A stretch of 62,536 nt of DNA, the filler included, from Stramenopiles sp. TOSAG23-6 (taxonomy: Eukaryota): assembly GCA_900128565.1 (NCBI GenBank). It is 11 parts of 11 records of this genome, joined end to end, with 100 filler letters (N's around TTAATTAATTAA, not from the genome) between each part and the next. Parts side by side here need not be neighbours in the genome. Positions count along the whole stretch, not along the records: positions 22,846 to 28,452 come from LT636872.1; positions 28,553 to 34,155 come from LT636873.1; positions 34,256 to 39,856 come from LT636874.1; 8 more parts are not named here. The stretch is one strand, 5' to 3'. Positions within the stretch are counted from its first letter, which is position 1. Every line of letters starts with the position of its first letter. This document shows, in pieces, positions 23,477 to 35,479 of this stretch. The translations under genes were made by a program, and so were the position numbers. The notes below the pieces were generated by a model that saw only the letters and a program-made list of their open reading frames with translations, was not told the origin of the DNA and did not search any database.

Positions 23477-26028
23477 TCATTTCATACCTCTCATTTTTTC
23501 TTTTTCATCTTCTTGTTCTTCTTTTATTTTAATTGATTCCCAATCGACCGAGACTTTCTTATTATATTTTTGAAAATTCGAATCTGTTTCTTTCTTTTGC
23601 CGTGTATTGTAAAAAAATATTGTAGAAAAAAAATTGTTAGATACGAAATTTCGTACGAAAAAAAAACAATTTAAAATTCATCATGAAATACGTACGTTGT
23701 TCCAAGTAATTTTGTCGGTATCCTACAACTGTATCTACATGTGTTTGATTCTTAGTAGCTAATTTTAGTGCTCTTTTCCATCGAAACAATCGAATATTTA
23801 ATTTAATTGCTCTATATATCATGGGTGGGGATGCTTGCAGCAAAATATTTTCGGCTTCATCAATGGCACCCCGATACACAGCTAATTCGGCATTTCTTCT
23901 TTCTTCAACTGGTATACCTTTCATATACAAAACAAATTGTAGTTTTGCCATTTCGGAAACTTTTGCAAGAGCTATTTCAGCAGTGCTAAGATGTCTACCC
24001 CACAATGCCATTGAAGCTAGTGCAGCCCAAAGTTCCTTCCTTTTCACAAATCTACACAATGTATTGTGAAAATATTTTTTTTGTAACAAAATTTGTTAGG
24101 TACAAATTTTCGTACGAAAACAAAATTTAATTTGAAATTTAATTTTGAAAACGTACATCGAACAGCTTCATTCCACTGCTGCTTTACAATAAATGCATAT
24201 AATAATGGTGGATACGGTGATACTGAAGCAGTAACAATGGATCCATCAGATTTTCTTACTGTAACCCGGGAACCAAAGTTTGAAACAATAAAAGGATGTT
24301 TACCAAAGCTTGCCGCATCACTGACAATTTTTGTTTGTTCAAGTAAGTCTTTATCCACATAAACGCTATGTGGATAAACCCATGTAACAAGTTTACCATC
24401 TGTACAAGCAGAGAGCATGAATTGTAAAAAAATATTTATTTTTTGTAAAATTTGTTAGGTACAAAATTTTCATAGTAAAAAAAACAAATTTTGAAAAAAA
24501 AAACATACATGTCAGAAGAATCATTCCATTCTGATGTATCGCACATGGTGACAAGCTTTACTGGTTTTTGTCCCAGTTTTACGACATAAAGATCACGATT
24601 TGAATCTACAAAAGAGATCATTGGATCTCTAGACTTTGTAAATTGACTCAAATCTAATTCTTGGATATCACGTGAATGCACTATAGGTTTACCTCTAGGT
24701 TGTCCTGTGTGTACATCAAACACTATGAAACTTTTACGCATCGACGAATTGAGAATTGCTATTTTGTCTGCACTGAGGGATATAGCACGCTCATTCAGCA
24801 TTTCTGCGCGCAATCCTTTAAATCTAGGATTAGACAAAACACGACCTTCATAATTATATACTTGAATGCCAGCAATAGCATTCACCATTACGAACAAACA
24901 ATCACTTTGAATAATCATTGTTGGAGGATGTCTTAAATCAAATATATGCGGCGTGTTATAGTTATCCACAGAGTAAATATGACATTGAGAAGATGTAGTC
25001 ACAATTAAATGACCAAATGCAATAGACATGTCAATCACACGGCTACGGAAATCAATTTTTTCACTGTTTTCAGTCATGCAATTCATTACTTCTATTCGAT
25101 TTGCATCGGTTAGAGTCACTTCAATGTTTTTCCATTCCAAACGTCGATTGACCAAAGTACTAATAATAACACTCCCAACGCCACCGGCACCAGCACAGCT
25201 TGTACCATCATCAGTCCACGCCAAGCGTAAAAGTGAACCACTCTGAAGTCGAGATCTTGAATAAGACCAACCTGTTTGATCACAGAGCCGAAGTAAGTTA
25301 TATGATCCAACAGAAAAACATTCACCAGTTGGAGACCAGGCGATAGAAGTAATGACATAGTCAAATGGGGCACTCGAGTACAAAAGACGCCCATATGAAT
25401 CCCACACTTTATATTTACAGTCTTCACCACATGAAATAATCTTACCATTCACTGGATTCCAGTCTGCTTCAGTGACAATACCATCGTGCGCTTTCCATTG
25501 AAGATGTTTCCGATCAATCTTTGTTGTTTTTATTAACAAATCCCGACCCTGGGTAAATAAAAGTTGATCATCATTAGGTGCCCATCGTACACTATATATT
25601 GGATGTTTTGATTTCATGATTGTGGCTCTTAACTGTCCCGTGCGGGAAAAAGTTTTCACTGCTCCATCCTCACCACCAGTTACAATTACATTTCCTTGAA
25701 AACTCCAACGAACGCAAATGACAGCACCACGATGAGCTTCAATTTTTTTTTCTATACGACCAGATTTATGTATCAGACAAAACGAACCATCTGTACACCC
25801 GGAAACGAACATATCTGCTACCATATTATGTGTTGTAGGCTGCCAATGAAGACTTGTTACATAAGTGTTAAATGTAACTAAAGTTGGTTTGAGGAGTTCT
25901 CCACTGGTTGACCACAGGCTGATTGTTTTATCATCTGATGCTGCAATTACTTCATTATTTGGAGTAAATTCAACTGCTGATACAACTTCGTCGTGATGCC
26001 GCTGTACTTTTGCAATATCAAGTCGCAT
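23477..26028 (-). CDS. IFT80: Intraflagellar transport protein 80; 4 exons
   Basis: WD40 repeats, GEDCKYKVWDSYGR, AVRLCRFVK after splicing, THVDTV; exons 26028-24509, 24416-24157, 24058-23696, 23601-23477. Confidence 0.95.
23602..23695 (-). other. GT-AC intron (IFT80)
   Basis: CAA C|GTACGTA...CAATACAC|GG CAA; the frame requires this length. Confidence 0.8.
24059..24156 (-). other. GT-AT intron (IFT80)
   Basis: CGA T|GTACGTTTT...CACAATACAT|TG TGT restores VRLCRFVK. Confidence 0.93.
24417..24508 (-). other. GT-AT intron (IFT80)
   Basis: GAC AT|GTATGTTTT...CAATTCAT|G CTC. Confidence 0.9.
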
Positions 26029-26331
26029 TTTACTTTTGCTAATTGTCCAGAAAGATAAAAACCGTAGTATAATTATCTACTTTGTCGGTTGAAAACCAAA
26101 TCTTTTTTGGAACCGTTATAACTTATAACGTCCTTTTTGAAACGAACACGAAATCTCAAAATCTCAAAAACAAAAAACCGTTACAAAATATATGACATCT
26201 TCCTTTTTTGATCGTCCAGAATGTTTACACACGGCTTTTTACTTTAACAAGATTCAATATTATTATATTATTATATTTTTCTGTACAACAAAGTAAATAA
26301 ATATAAACGAATATATACAAAAAAATATAAA

Positions 26332-27513
26332 ATGTCACATGCTGTTCGTACAGCAAAACCAAAGTTAAGAAATAGAAAAAAGAATATAGGCATTCCTGGA
26401 AGCCCTATCGGCCCAGGTCTAATTGACGACAATGGGATATATTCAAGTATGCGTAGCTTACTCTCTCAAGCTTTCGATGATTTTGACACAGACAAAAATG
26501 GATATATAGATGCCGAAGAACTCGAAAACCTCTGTAAAATGTTAGGCTCTAGACTATCAAAACAGCAAGTAGAAGAATTACTTCAGGAATTAGATACTAA
26601 TAGAAGTGGTTCCGTCGATAAAACCGAGTTTATTGCGTGGTGGTTGAATAAAAAAAACGAAGCTAGAAGGAAGTTACGAGCAGAAAAACTTGGTACAAAG
26701 CCAGGCAAAAATAGATCTCAAATGTACAGTACACATCTACTACCGCAACTCCCCGGAGCAGCCCCGGTACGATTATTGGATGCGAGACGCAATCGAAAGT
26801 TGACAGACCGAGATACTGAAATGTTAAGAAATCGTGTAAAACTTTTAAAAGTAGAAGAACTCAAAACATTAAAGCGTATATCAGATGCAAACTACCAAGC
26901 TGCTAAAATATTTAAGAGGAAACAAACACAGACAAATAAAATGATGCGGCGAGTGGAAAACGCGAGAACAGAACTAAAGAGAAATAGGACAGCACAGGAG
27001 CAAAACTATGTATGTTTTATTTTTTTCAATTTTTTATCTAATTTTGTTTTCGTACTAAATTTTGTACCTAACGATTTTTTTTTGAAATATTTTTTCACAA
27101 TATATGTCAAAAAAGAACTTGCCAGAATTTCTAAATTGAAAGCAGCTCGAGCAGTGGTAGCACGAAAGAATGCAGCTGCTCAACATATAAAAAATGAAAG
27201 AAAAAGATTGAACAACATTAAAAAACAAGAAAATGATCAATTGAGATCAAAGAGATCTAAAAGAAAAAAACAAATTTTGTCGATCCGTCAAAAAGTCTTT
27301 GAAGAAAAGTTGAAACGAGAAGACGAAAGAGCCGAACAAGCTGAACTTGTCTATTTATCGAGAGTAATGCACGAACAACAATTACAGAGGGAAAAGGAAC
27401 AGACTCTTCGTGAATTAGAAAAAAGAGAAGCTGAATTAATTGGTAGATTACAAAATGCACACTTAATGCAAGAAGAAGCTTTACATAGTCTAGGTCGTGT
27501 CTTGACACAATAA
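26332..27513 (+). CDS. EF-hand + coiled-coil protein; 2 exons
   Basis: EF-hands DTDKNGYIDAEE and DTNRSGSVDKTE; coiled-coil C-terminus. Confidence 0.85.
   Translation: MSHAVRTAKPKLRNRKKNIGIPGSPIGPGLIDDNGIYSSMRSLLSQAFDDFDTDKNGYIDAEELENLCKMLGSRLSKQQVEELLQELDTNRSGSVDKTEFIAWWLNKKNEARRKLRAEKLGTKPGKNRSQMYSTHLLPQLPGAAPVRLLDARRNRKLTDRDTEMLRNRVKLLKVEELKTLKRISDANYQAAKIFKRKQTQTNKMMRRVENARTELKRNRTAQEQNYVCFIFFNFLSNFVFVLNFVPNDFFLKYFFTIYVKKELARISKLKAARAVVARKNAAAQHIKNERKRLNNIKKQENDQLRSKRSKRKKQILSIRQKVFEEKLKREDERAEQAELVYLSRVMHEQQLQREKEQTLRELEKREAELIGRLQNAHLMQEEALHSLGRVLTQ
27010..27105 (+). other. GT-AT intron (96 nt, in frame, read through by the ORF track)
   Basis: TAT|GTATGTTTT...CACAATATAT|GTC; an F-rich insert interrupts the coiled coil. 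Confidence 0.88.
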
Positions 27514-27631
27514 AATTTCAAAGTGGGAAGGAACAATAACTTTCTCTTGCTTTGTAAATTATACGTATAAATATTTATAACAACTTTTAATTAGTTTATT
27601 TTCTATAAGACGTTTCGTTGATATCAGTGTT

Positions 27632-28452
27632 TCATTTTGTAATATTCCTCGGAGGTGGAGGATGTGCCCGATGAATGGTTTTTTTTTGAGGAGGATGGGC
27701 ATTATAATGCGCCTTTTGAGGAGGAGGACGAGGAGTATAATGTTTTGTTTTACGTGATGGAGGTCGTCTTTGATGAAATTTAGGTATATCCAGTTTCGAT
27801 TTTTGTGGTGGTGTTGGCTTGAGCTTGAGAGGCGACTGTTTTGAAACTTTTCTGGGCTTCTTTTCAACGTCTCCTTCTTTCGCAATTATTATTTCTTCTT
27901 GTTCTTTTTTTACACGTTCGAGCTCTGCTTTTGCTTGGTATTCCTCGTGCTCGGCCTCAACCATTGATCGCTCTAGATTTATACGTTCGACTTCGAATTT
28001 TGCATCTTCTTCACGGCGTACGCTTTCGGCATACTTCTTATTTGCTTCCTGTTCCTTGCTTATGGCATCAGCTTTAACTCTCTCCAATCGCAATTGCTCT
28101 TTTTCCACTAAGGCTTCTTCTTCTCGGAATGTTTGTTGTTTTAGGCGTAATTTTTCAGCTTCATCGTTTTGTTCTTCTTCAAGGCGTAATCTTTCAGCCT
28201 CATCTTGTTGTTTTTGTTCAAGATGTAATCTTTCAGCATCATCTTGTTGTTCTTCTTCAAGACTTTCAGCTTCAGCTTCATCTTGTTGTTCTTCTTCAAG
28301 ACGTACTATTTCAGCTTCAGCCTTCTGTTCTTGTTCGAGACGTAATCTTTCAGCTTCATCTTTTTGTTCTTGGTCAAGACGTAATCTTTCAGCCTCGTCT
28401 TTTTGTTCTTGTTCAAGACGTAATCTTTCAACCTCTGCTTTTTGTTCTTGTT
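27632..28452 (-). CDS. Repetitive coiled-coil protein with Pro-rich tail; 5' truncated
   Basis: ~39-bp tandem units encoding EQEQKDEAERLRL-like repeats. Confidence 0.7.
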
Positions 28453-28552
28453 NNNNNNNNNNNNNNNNNNNNNNNNNNNNNNNNNNNNNNNNNNNNTTAA
28501 TTAATTAANNNNNNNNNNNNNNNNNNNNNNNNNNNNNNNNNNNNNNNNNNNN

Positions 28553-29270
28553 TTTTCAACCATTTCTTTGTATGTATTTATATCTGTATTATTTTGATTA
28601 TTTTGATTATTTTGATTATTTTGATTCGTCTTAAAAACTAAATCCAAATTGTTAGGGTTAGGGTTGTTAGGGGTATCATCTAGTATAGCCCAACGATGAT
28701 CTCTACTATCACAAACAGCCCCATAACGCACTAAAAGACAACCCAATTCTTCATTTGCTGAGTTAATAGCAATGGTAAGCGGATGTATATTATGTCTACA
28801 ATATTTCATTTTTTTTTTAAATTATTTTAGTTTTTCATTTTTTTTTTTTCAATTTTTTTTTAATATTTCGTGTATTTCGTTGGAAAAAAAAAAAAGCTAA
28901 TAATCCTAAGTAAATAAATATTGAAAACATGAATATAACATGAATATATGTATGAATAATGAAAACATATATACCATTTAATGCGGTACAATTAGGATCT
29001 GCACCTAAATTTAGACATATTTCACATAAATTTAAATCATTGTGAAGAGCTGCCCATAATAGAGGAGTATATCCTGAAGCATCACAAATATACATTGTCA
29101 ACAATATTTCATTTTTTTTTTTTTAGTATTAGTACATTTGACTTTGGTACAACATTTAATTTAAAAAAAAAAAAAAAAATTTTGTTTAAAAAATTTTGGT
29201 TAAAAAATGTGTTACAAAAACCAAAAACCTTTTTTTTTTTTTTTTTTTTGATTAGGGTTAGGGTTATTTA

Positions 29271-29303
<33 letters not shown>

Positions 29304-30221
29304 AGTAAGACAAGAGTAATGAAAACATACATGCATTGATTCGAAATCTTCTTTACCAACCACAAGAGGTGTAAATGGTGTTCCATCTAAGGCAAGTGCA
29401 GATGTAATCTCTTGGTCAGTTGTGAATGTAACAAACGCAAAACCGCCTGTTGCTTTTTCCATATCTGATGATTTTGTTGTTTTTAATGATTTTAATGATT
29501 TTAATGATTTTAATGATTGTAATGATTGTTTAGTTTCTTTTTTTTTTGATCCGTGTTTTGTTCGACAACCAAGTTTTACTTGGTATCCATCTTGTAGTTG
29601 CACACCGCCATCAGAAAGCCATTGGATCACTTGTTCGGTTGTAGCAGTATATGGTAATTGTTGAATATAAACTTGTTTTCGATTTCGCCATCTCATTTTC
29701 TTTTTTTTTTTCGTTTTTGTGTTTTTTGTGTTTTTTGTGTTTTTTGTGTTTTGTTTTTGTATCAGATTATTTCCATTAAAGTTTTTTTGATGTCCAGACA
29801 TTGCATGGCTTGATACAGTACATTTTGAAGCAGAGTCATTCATGATAGTTTGTATTGTGTTGTTGTTGACCGGTGGGGAAATAATGTCATTTGAAAATGG
29901 AGAAACGTTGTTATCTCTGTTTGGGTGATTAGGGTTAGGGTTTTTCGTCTCTACTTTAGATTTCTTTGTCACTGGTTCTTGTTGAGTTCCTTCCATTATA
30001 GATTGTTTTAATGTATTGATAACACTTTCTTTATCGTTTCCAATTGGTAGTAACAACATTGCTTTTCGTTTACGCTTCGCTTTATCCTTATTTTTTCGAT
30101 TGCGTCTCTTTTTTTTTTCATCTTTTGCTTCTTTCAGTGAACGCTTTTTAAGCTTTCCATTACCACGACGAGTCTTTTTCTTGTGAATATCGTGGATGAT
30201 ACTTGTTTGTTCTTTAGTCAT
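28553..30221 (-). CDS. RRM + ankyrin-repeat protein (mirror copy of 32487-34155)
   Basis: Identical to the + strand copy. Confidence 0.65.
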
Positions 30222-30586
30222 TGGATATACAATTTGAAAAGTTTGATGATGATGAAAATGAAAATCAATATTTGTTTCTTTGTATGTCCTGTCTGGTAGA
30301 ATGAAATCTCGAAAACAAATCAGTACTCATCTCGGTAATTTTGACTGACTTGTTCTTGTTGCTGTTCTAGAGGTTAAAAAACAGGAATGTTCCAACTTGT
30401 CAAACAAAAGATACTGCATATTTTATATACGGATTTTCGTACCTAAACACAAAGTTCGGAGTTGTCAAAAATGGCCATCAACGGTGAATTAAATTTAAAA
30501 AAAAAAAAAAAAAAAAAAGATATTTTTTCAGTACAAAACAAATCCCAAAATATATTCTACTGTATACACACTGAAATCACACGACA

Positions 30587-31236
30587 ATGATCAAAGGACG
30601 TCGAAGGCATTCTTCATTTGGAGAACACGGTCATCCAGGAGGTATGGCTGAGATCCAACGCGAAGAGCGTTTCATGGTAGGTCCAGCGAAAAAGAAATAT
30701 ATTGTGTTGGGTGGACGAAAGCGAAAAGGATTGACTGGTGACACTGCAGAGAAGTTGACGAACTGGGTCTTTACTCAATTCTTACCCTGTGGAAGGGCAA
30801 TCGATGAATATCATTTGCGTCGTCTGTGTACGCAAATCAGACACCTCGCAAATAAACATGAATCTGGATTGAAGTTTGATCAATATCACATTTGGTTTCA
30901 ACGAGTTTGTCAAGACATTTCAATTCACCGAGAAAAAAATAAAGGAAATGTCAACTCAACAAAACAAAACCTAAATGGATACAATTCAAAATACGATCCA
31001 GGACATTCTGGTAGACCTAGTCACAGGACCCTTCCTGGTTATTCGAATGGTTTATCTACTGGGTTTGAATCAGGTTGTGTTGTCATTGATCATCCTAATA
31101 AGCCTAAAAAAACTAAAAAAACTAAAACAACTAAAAAAGGAAAACATCAACATCAACAAAAAAGGAAAAAACAAAATGGTACATCTAAACCCAAAATAAG
31201 AAAATTCAACAAAATTGAAACAACAATGAGACGTAT
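30587..31236 (+). CDS. Hypothetical protein, first exon; runs into a consensus intron donor at ~31237
   Basis: ORF ending in GTATGTTTT plus the core motif. Confidence 0.6.
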
Positions 31237-31471
31237 GTATGTTTTATTTTTTTTCAAATTCAAATTTTTTTTTCGTACGAAATTTTGTACCTAACAAATT
31301 TTAGGTTTTTTTTTTTTCAAATTCCAATTTTTTTTTCGTACGAAATTTTGTACCTAACAAATTTTTTTTGAAATATTTTTCTGGAATTTGAAAAAAAAAA
31401 AACCTAAAATTTGTTAGGTACAAAATTTCGTACGAAAAAAAAATTTGAATTTGAAAAAAAATAAAACATAC

Positions 31472-32121
31472 ATACGTCTCATTGTTGTTTCAATTTTGTT
31501 GAATTTTCTTATTTTGGGTTTAGATGTACCATTTTGTTTTTTCCTTTTTTGTTGATGTTGATGTTTTCCTTTTTTAGTTGTTTTAGTTTTTTTAGTTTTT
31601 TTAGGCTTATTAGGATGATCAATGACAACACAACCTGATTCAAACCCAGTAGATAAACCATTCGAATAACCAGGAAGGGTCCTGTGACTAGGTCTACCAG
31701 AATGTCCTGGATCGTATTTTGAATTGTATCCATTTAGGTTTTGTTTTGTTGAGTTGACATTTCCTTTATTTTTTTCTCGGTGAATTGAAATGTCTTGACA
31801 AACTCGTTGAAACCAAATGTGATATTGATCAAACTTCAATCCAGATTCATGTTTATTTGCGAGGTGTCTGATTTGCGTACACAGACGACGCAAATGATAT
31901 TCATCGATTGCCCTTCCACAGGGTAAGAATTGAGTAAAGACCCAGTTCGTCAACTTCTCTGCAGTGTCACCAGTCAATCCTTTTCGCTTTCGTCCACCCA
32001 ACACAATATATTTCTTTTTCGCTGGACCTACCATGAAACGCTCTTCGCGTTGGATCTCAGCCATACCTCCTGGATGACCGTGTTCTCCAAATGAAGAATG
32101 CCTTCGACGTCCTTTGATCAT
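31472..32121 (-). CDS. Mirror copy of the 30587 hypothetical protein
   Basis: Identical translation. Confidence 0.55.
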
Positions 32122-32486
32122 TGTCGTGTGATTTCAGTGTGTATACAGTAGAATATATTTTGGGATTTGTTTTGTACTGAAAAAATATCTTTTTTTTTTT
32201 TTTTTTTTTTTAAATTTAATTCACCGTTGATGGCCATTTTTGACAACTCCGAACTTTGTGTTTAGGTACGAAAATCCGTATATAAAATATGCAGTATCTT
32301 TTGTTTGACAAGTTGGAACATTCCTGTTTTTTAACCTCTAGAACAGCAACAAGAACAAGTCAGTCAAAATTACCGAGATGAGTACTGATTTGTTTTCGAG
32401 ATTTCATTCTACCAGACAGGACATACAAAGAAACAAATATTGATTTTCATTTTCATCATCATCAAACTTTTCAAATTGTATATCCA

Positions 32487-33404
32487 ATGACTAAAGAACA
32501 AACAAGTATCATCCACGATATTCACAAGAAAAAGACTCGTCGTGGTAATGGAAAGCTTAAAAAGCGTTCACTGAAAGAAGCAAAAGATGAAAAAAAAAAG
32601 AGACGCAATCGAAAAAATAAGGATAAAGCGAAGCGTAAACGAAAAGCAATGTTGTTACTACCAATTGGAAACGATAAAGAAAGTGTTATCAATACATTAA
32701 AACAATCTATAATGGAAGGAACTCAACAAGAACCAGTGACAAAGAAATCTAAAGTAGAGACGAAAAACCCTAACCCTAATCACCCAAACAGAGATAACAA
32801 CGTTTCTCCATTTTCAAATGACATTATTTCCCCACCGGTCAACAACAACACAATACAAACTATCATGAATGACTCTGCTTCAAAATGTACTGTATCAAGC
32901 CATGCAATGTCTGGACATCAAAAAAACTTTAATGGAAATAATCTGATACAAAAACAAAACACAAAAAACACAAAAAACACAAAAAACACAAAAACGAAAA
33001 AAAAAAAGAAAATGAGATGGCGAAATCGAAAACAAGTTTATATTCAACAATTACCATATACTGCTACAACCGAACAAGTGATCCAATGGCTTTCTGATGG
33101 CGGTGTGCAACTACAAGATGGATACCAAGTAAAACTTGGTTGTCGAACAAAACACGGATCAAAAAAAAAAGAAACTAAACAATCATTACAATCATTAAAA
33201 TCATTAAAATCATTAAAATCATTAAAAACAACAAAATCATCAGATATGGAAAAAGCAACAGGCGGTTTTGCGTTTGTTACATTCACAACTGACCAAGAGA
33301 TTACATCTGCACTTGCCTTAGATGGAACACCATTTACACCTCTTGTGGTTGGTAAAGAAGATTTCGAATCAATGCATGTATGTTTTCATTACTCTTGTCT
33401 TACT

Positions 33405-33437
<33 letters not shown>

Positions 33438-34155
33438 TAAATAACCCTAACCCTAATCAAAAAAAAAAAAAAAAAAAAGGTTTTTGGTTTTTGTAACACA
33501 TTTTTTAACCAAAATTTTTTAAACAAAATTTTTTTTTTTTTTTTTAAATTAAATGTTGTACCAAAGTCAAATGTACTAATACTAAAAAAAAAAAAATGAA
33601 ATATTGTTGACAATGTATATTTGTGATGCTTCAGGATATACTCCTCTATTATGGGCAGCTCTTCACAATGATTTAAATTTATGTGAAATATGTCTAAATT
33701 TAGGTGCAGATCCTAATTGTACCGCATTAAATGGTATATATGTTTTCATTATTCATACATATATTCATGTTATATTCATGTTTTCAATATTTATTTACTT
33801 AGGATTATTAGCTTTTTTTTTTTTCCAACGAAATACACGAAATATTAAAAAAAAATTGAAAAAAAAAAAATGAAAAACTAAAATAATTTAAAAAAAAAAT
33901 GAAATATTGTAGACATAATATACATCCGCTTACCATTGCTATTAACTCAGCAAATGAAGAATTGGGTTGTCTTTTAGTGCGTTATGGGGCTGTTTGTGAT
34001 AGTAGAGATCATCGTTGGGCTATACTAGATGATACCCCTAACAACCCTAACCCTAACAATTTGGATTTAGTTTTTAAGACGAATCAAAATAATCAAAATA
34101 ATCAAAATAATCAAAATAATACAGATATAAATACATACAAAGAAATGGTTGAAAA
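32487..34155 (+). CDS. RRM + ankyrin-repeat protein; introns ~33378-33618 (GT-AT) and ~33738-33921 (AT-AT); 3' truncated
   Basis: RNP2 VYIQQLPY, RNP1 GFAFVTF; GYTPLLWAA and GIHPLTIA ankyrin units after splicing. Confidence 0.7.
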
Positions 34156-34331
34156 NNNNNNNNNNNNNNNNNNNNNNNNNNNNNNNNNNNNNNNNNNNNT
34201 TAATTAATTAANNNNNNNNNNNNNNNNNNNNNNNNNNNNNNNNNNNNNNNNNNNNTTTTTTTTCAAACAAAATTTCGTACCTAAAAAAAAAAATCAAAAA
34301 AAAAAAAAAAAAATATTTTTTCACAATACAT

Positions 34332-35210
34332 CATTTTAACGTGCAGAAGCAAAAAACATTTCAAGCCCCTCTGAAATCAAAATCACCAATGACATTTCAA
34401 TGTGGTTTTCGCCGTTTCAAAGTTAGACCAATTTTTTCCGAACAATCGCGTAATTGTGATAAGCATAAGTTCCAGCGGTTTATCAAGAATGGATGGTCTA
34501 TTGCATGTATGTTTTATTTCTTTTTTTTTTACGGTAAAAAAAAAATCGAATTTTTTTTTTCGTACGAAATTTTGTACCTAACATTTTTTTTGTTTTTTTG
34601 AAATATTTTTCCAAAATACATCAGTGTATGGACCAGTAACCTACGCCCCTGCATCTCTTCTCGCATTCACTGAAAATGATGAACTTGCTGTAGTTGGATC
34701 ACTACAGTCTGTGAATCCTGATAGAATTATTTTGAAAAGAATTATTTTGACAGGAATTCCAGTTAAAATTCATAAAAAAGTTGCTGTGATTACTCAAATG
34801 TTTTACCGCCCTGAAGACATCAAATGTACGTTTTCAGTAACAACATCCTTGGACAGGTTTGTTCAAAATTTCAATTTTTTACTTTTTTTTTACTATGAAA
34901 GTTCCGTATCTAACAAATTGTTTTTTCAAGATGATTATTTTTTCACAATACATGGTTTAAACCAATTGAGTTGCGCACAAAATATGGAATGGTGGGAAAT
35001 ATTAAAGACTCTGTAGGTACACATGTACGTTTTCAATTTCGAATTTCAATTTTTTTTTCATACGAAATTTTGTACCTAACAAATTTTTTTGTGATTTTTT
35101 TTTTCACAATACATGGTGCTATGAAGTGTACGTTTAATAAACCAATTAAGAATCACGACACAGTTTGTATGCATTTATATAAAAGATCATATCCAAAGTG
35201 GTGTCAATAG
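34332..35210 (+). CDS. TSR1: Pre-rRNA processing protein TSR1, C-terminal exons
   Basis: CGFRRF..RPIFS, DKHKFQRF, RIILKRIILTG, WFKPIELRTKYG, GTHGAMKC.F, LYKRSYPKW; exons 34332-34506, 34622-34825, 34954-35024, 35115-35210. Confidence 0.95.
34507..34621 (+). other. GT-AT intron (TSR1)
   Basis: GCA T|GTATGTTTT...CAAAATACAT|CA GTG. Confidence 0.92.
34826..34953 (+). other. GT-AT intron (TSR1)
   Basis: AAA T|GTACGTTTT...CACAATACAT|GG TTT restores WFKP. Confidence 0.93.
35025..35114 (+). other. GT-AT intron (TSR1)
   Basis: CAT|GTACGTTTT...CACAATACAT|GGT restores GTHG. Confidence 0.93.
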
Positions 35211-35281
35211 AGATAAAAGATCATATCCAAAGTGGTATCAATAGAGATAAAAGATCATATCCAAAGTGGTGTCAATAGAGA
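35179..35281 (+). repeat. Three tandem 34-bp copies spanning the TSR1 stop codon
   Basis: ATAAAAGATCATATCCAAAGTGGT(G/A)TCAATAGAG x3. Confidence 0.9.
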
Positions 35282-35479
35282 AACTGAAAATATATTCGTC
35301 TTTTGTGTGTGTCTAACTAAAAGAGTAGAAATAAGTTTTCTTGTTTCATGTGAAATTTATTATACTATGTTCAGTAAAATTATTAAATATAACATTCAAT
35401 ATTTCATTTATTTTGTTTTTAAACGCAACCTTTTTTTTGTTTTGGTAGAACATTTTGTACCTAATATTTTTTTTCTCTT

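Larger units (their letters stand above)
28553..34155. repeat. Contig-wide inverted duplication (arms 28553-31326 and 31382-34155)
   Basis: Mirror ORFs have coordinate sums of 62708 and identical translations. Confidence 0.95.

Noticed and set aside
34505-34619. Reading the introns as U12-type AT-AC (AT GTATG...ATAC)
   Set aside because: The AT repeat allows this register, but the U12 donor ATATCCT and branch TCCTTAAC are absent. Introns whose upstream exon does not end in AT (41653, 44250, 44570) fit only a GT start, and at 41653 the AC register creates a stop.
35179-35281. CRISPR-like array (34-bp repeats)
   Set aside because: Head-to-tail copies without spacers, eukaryotic context, no cas genes.
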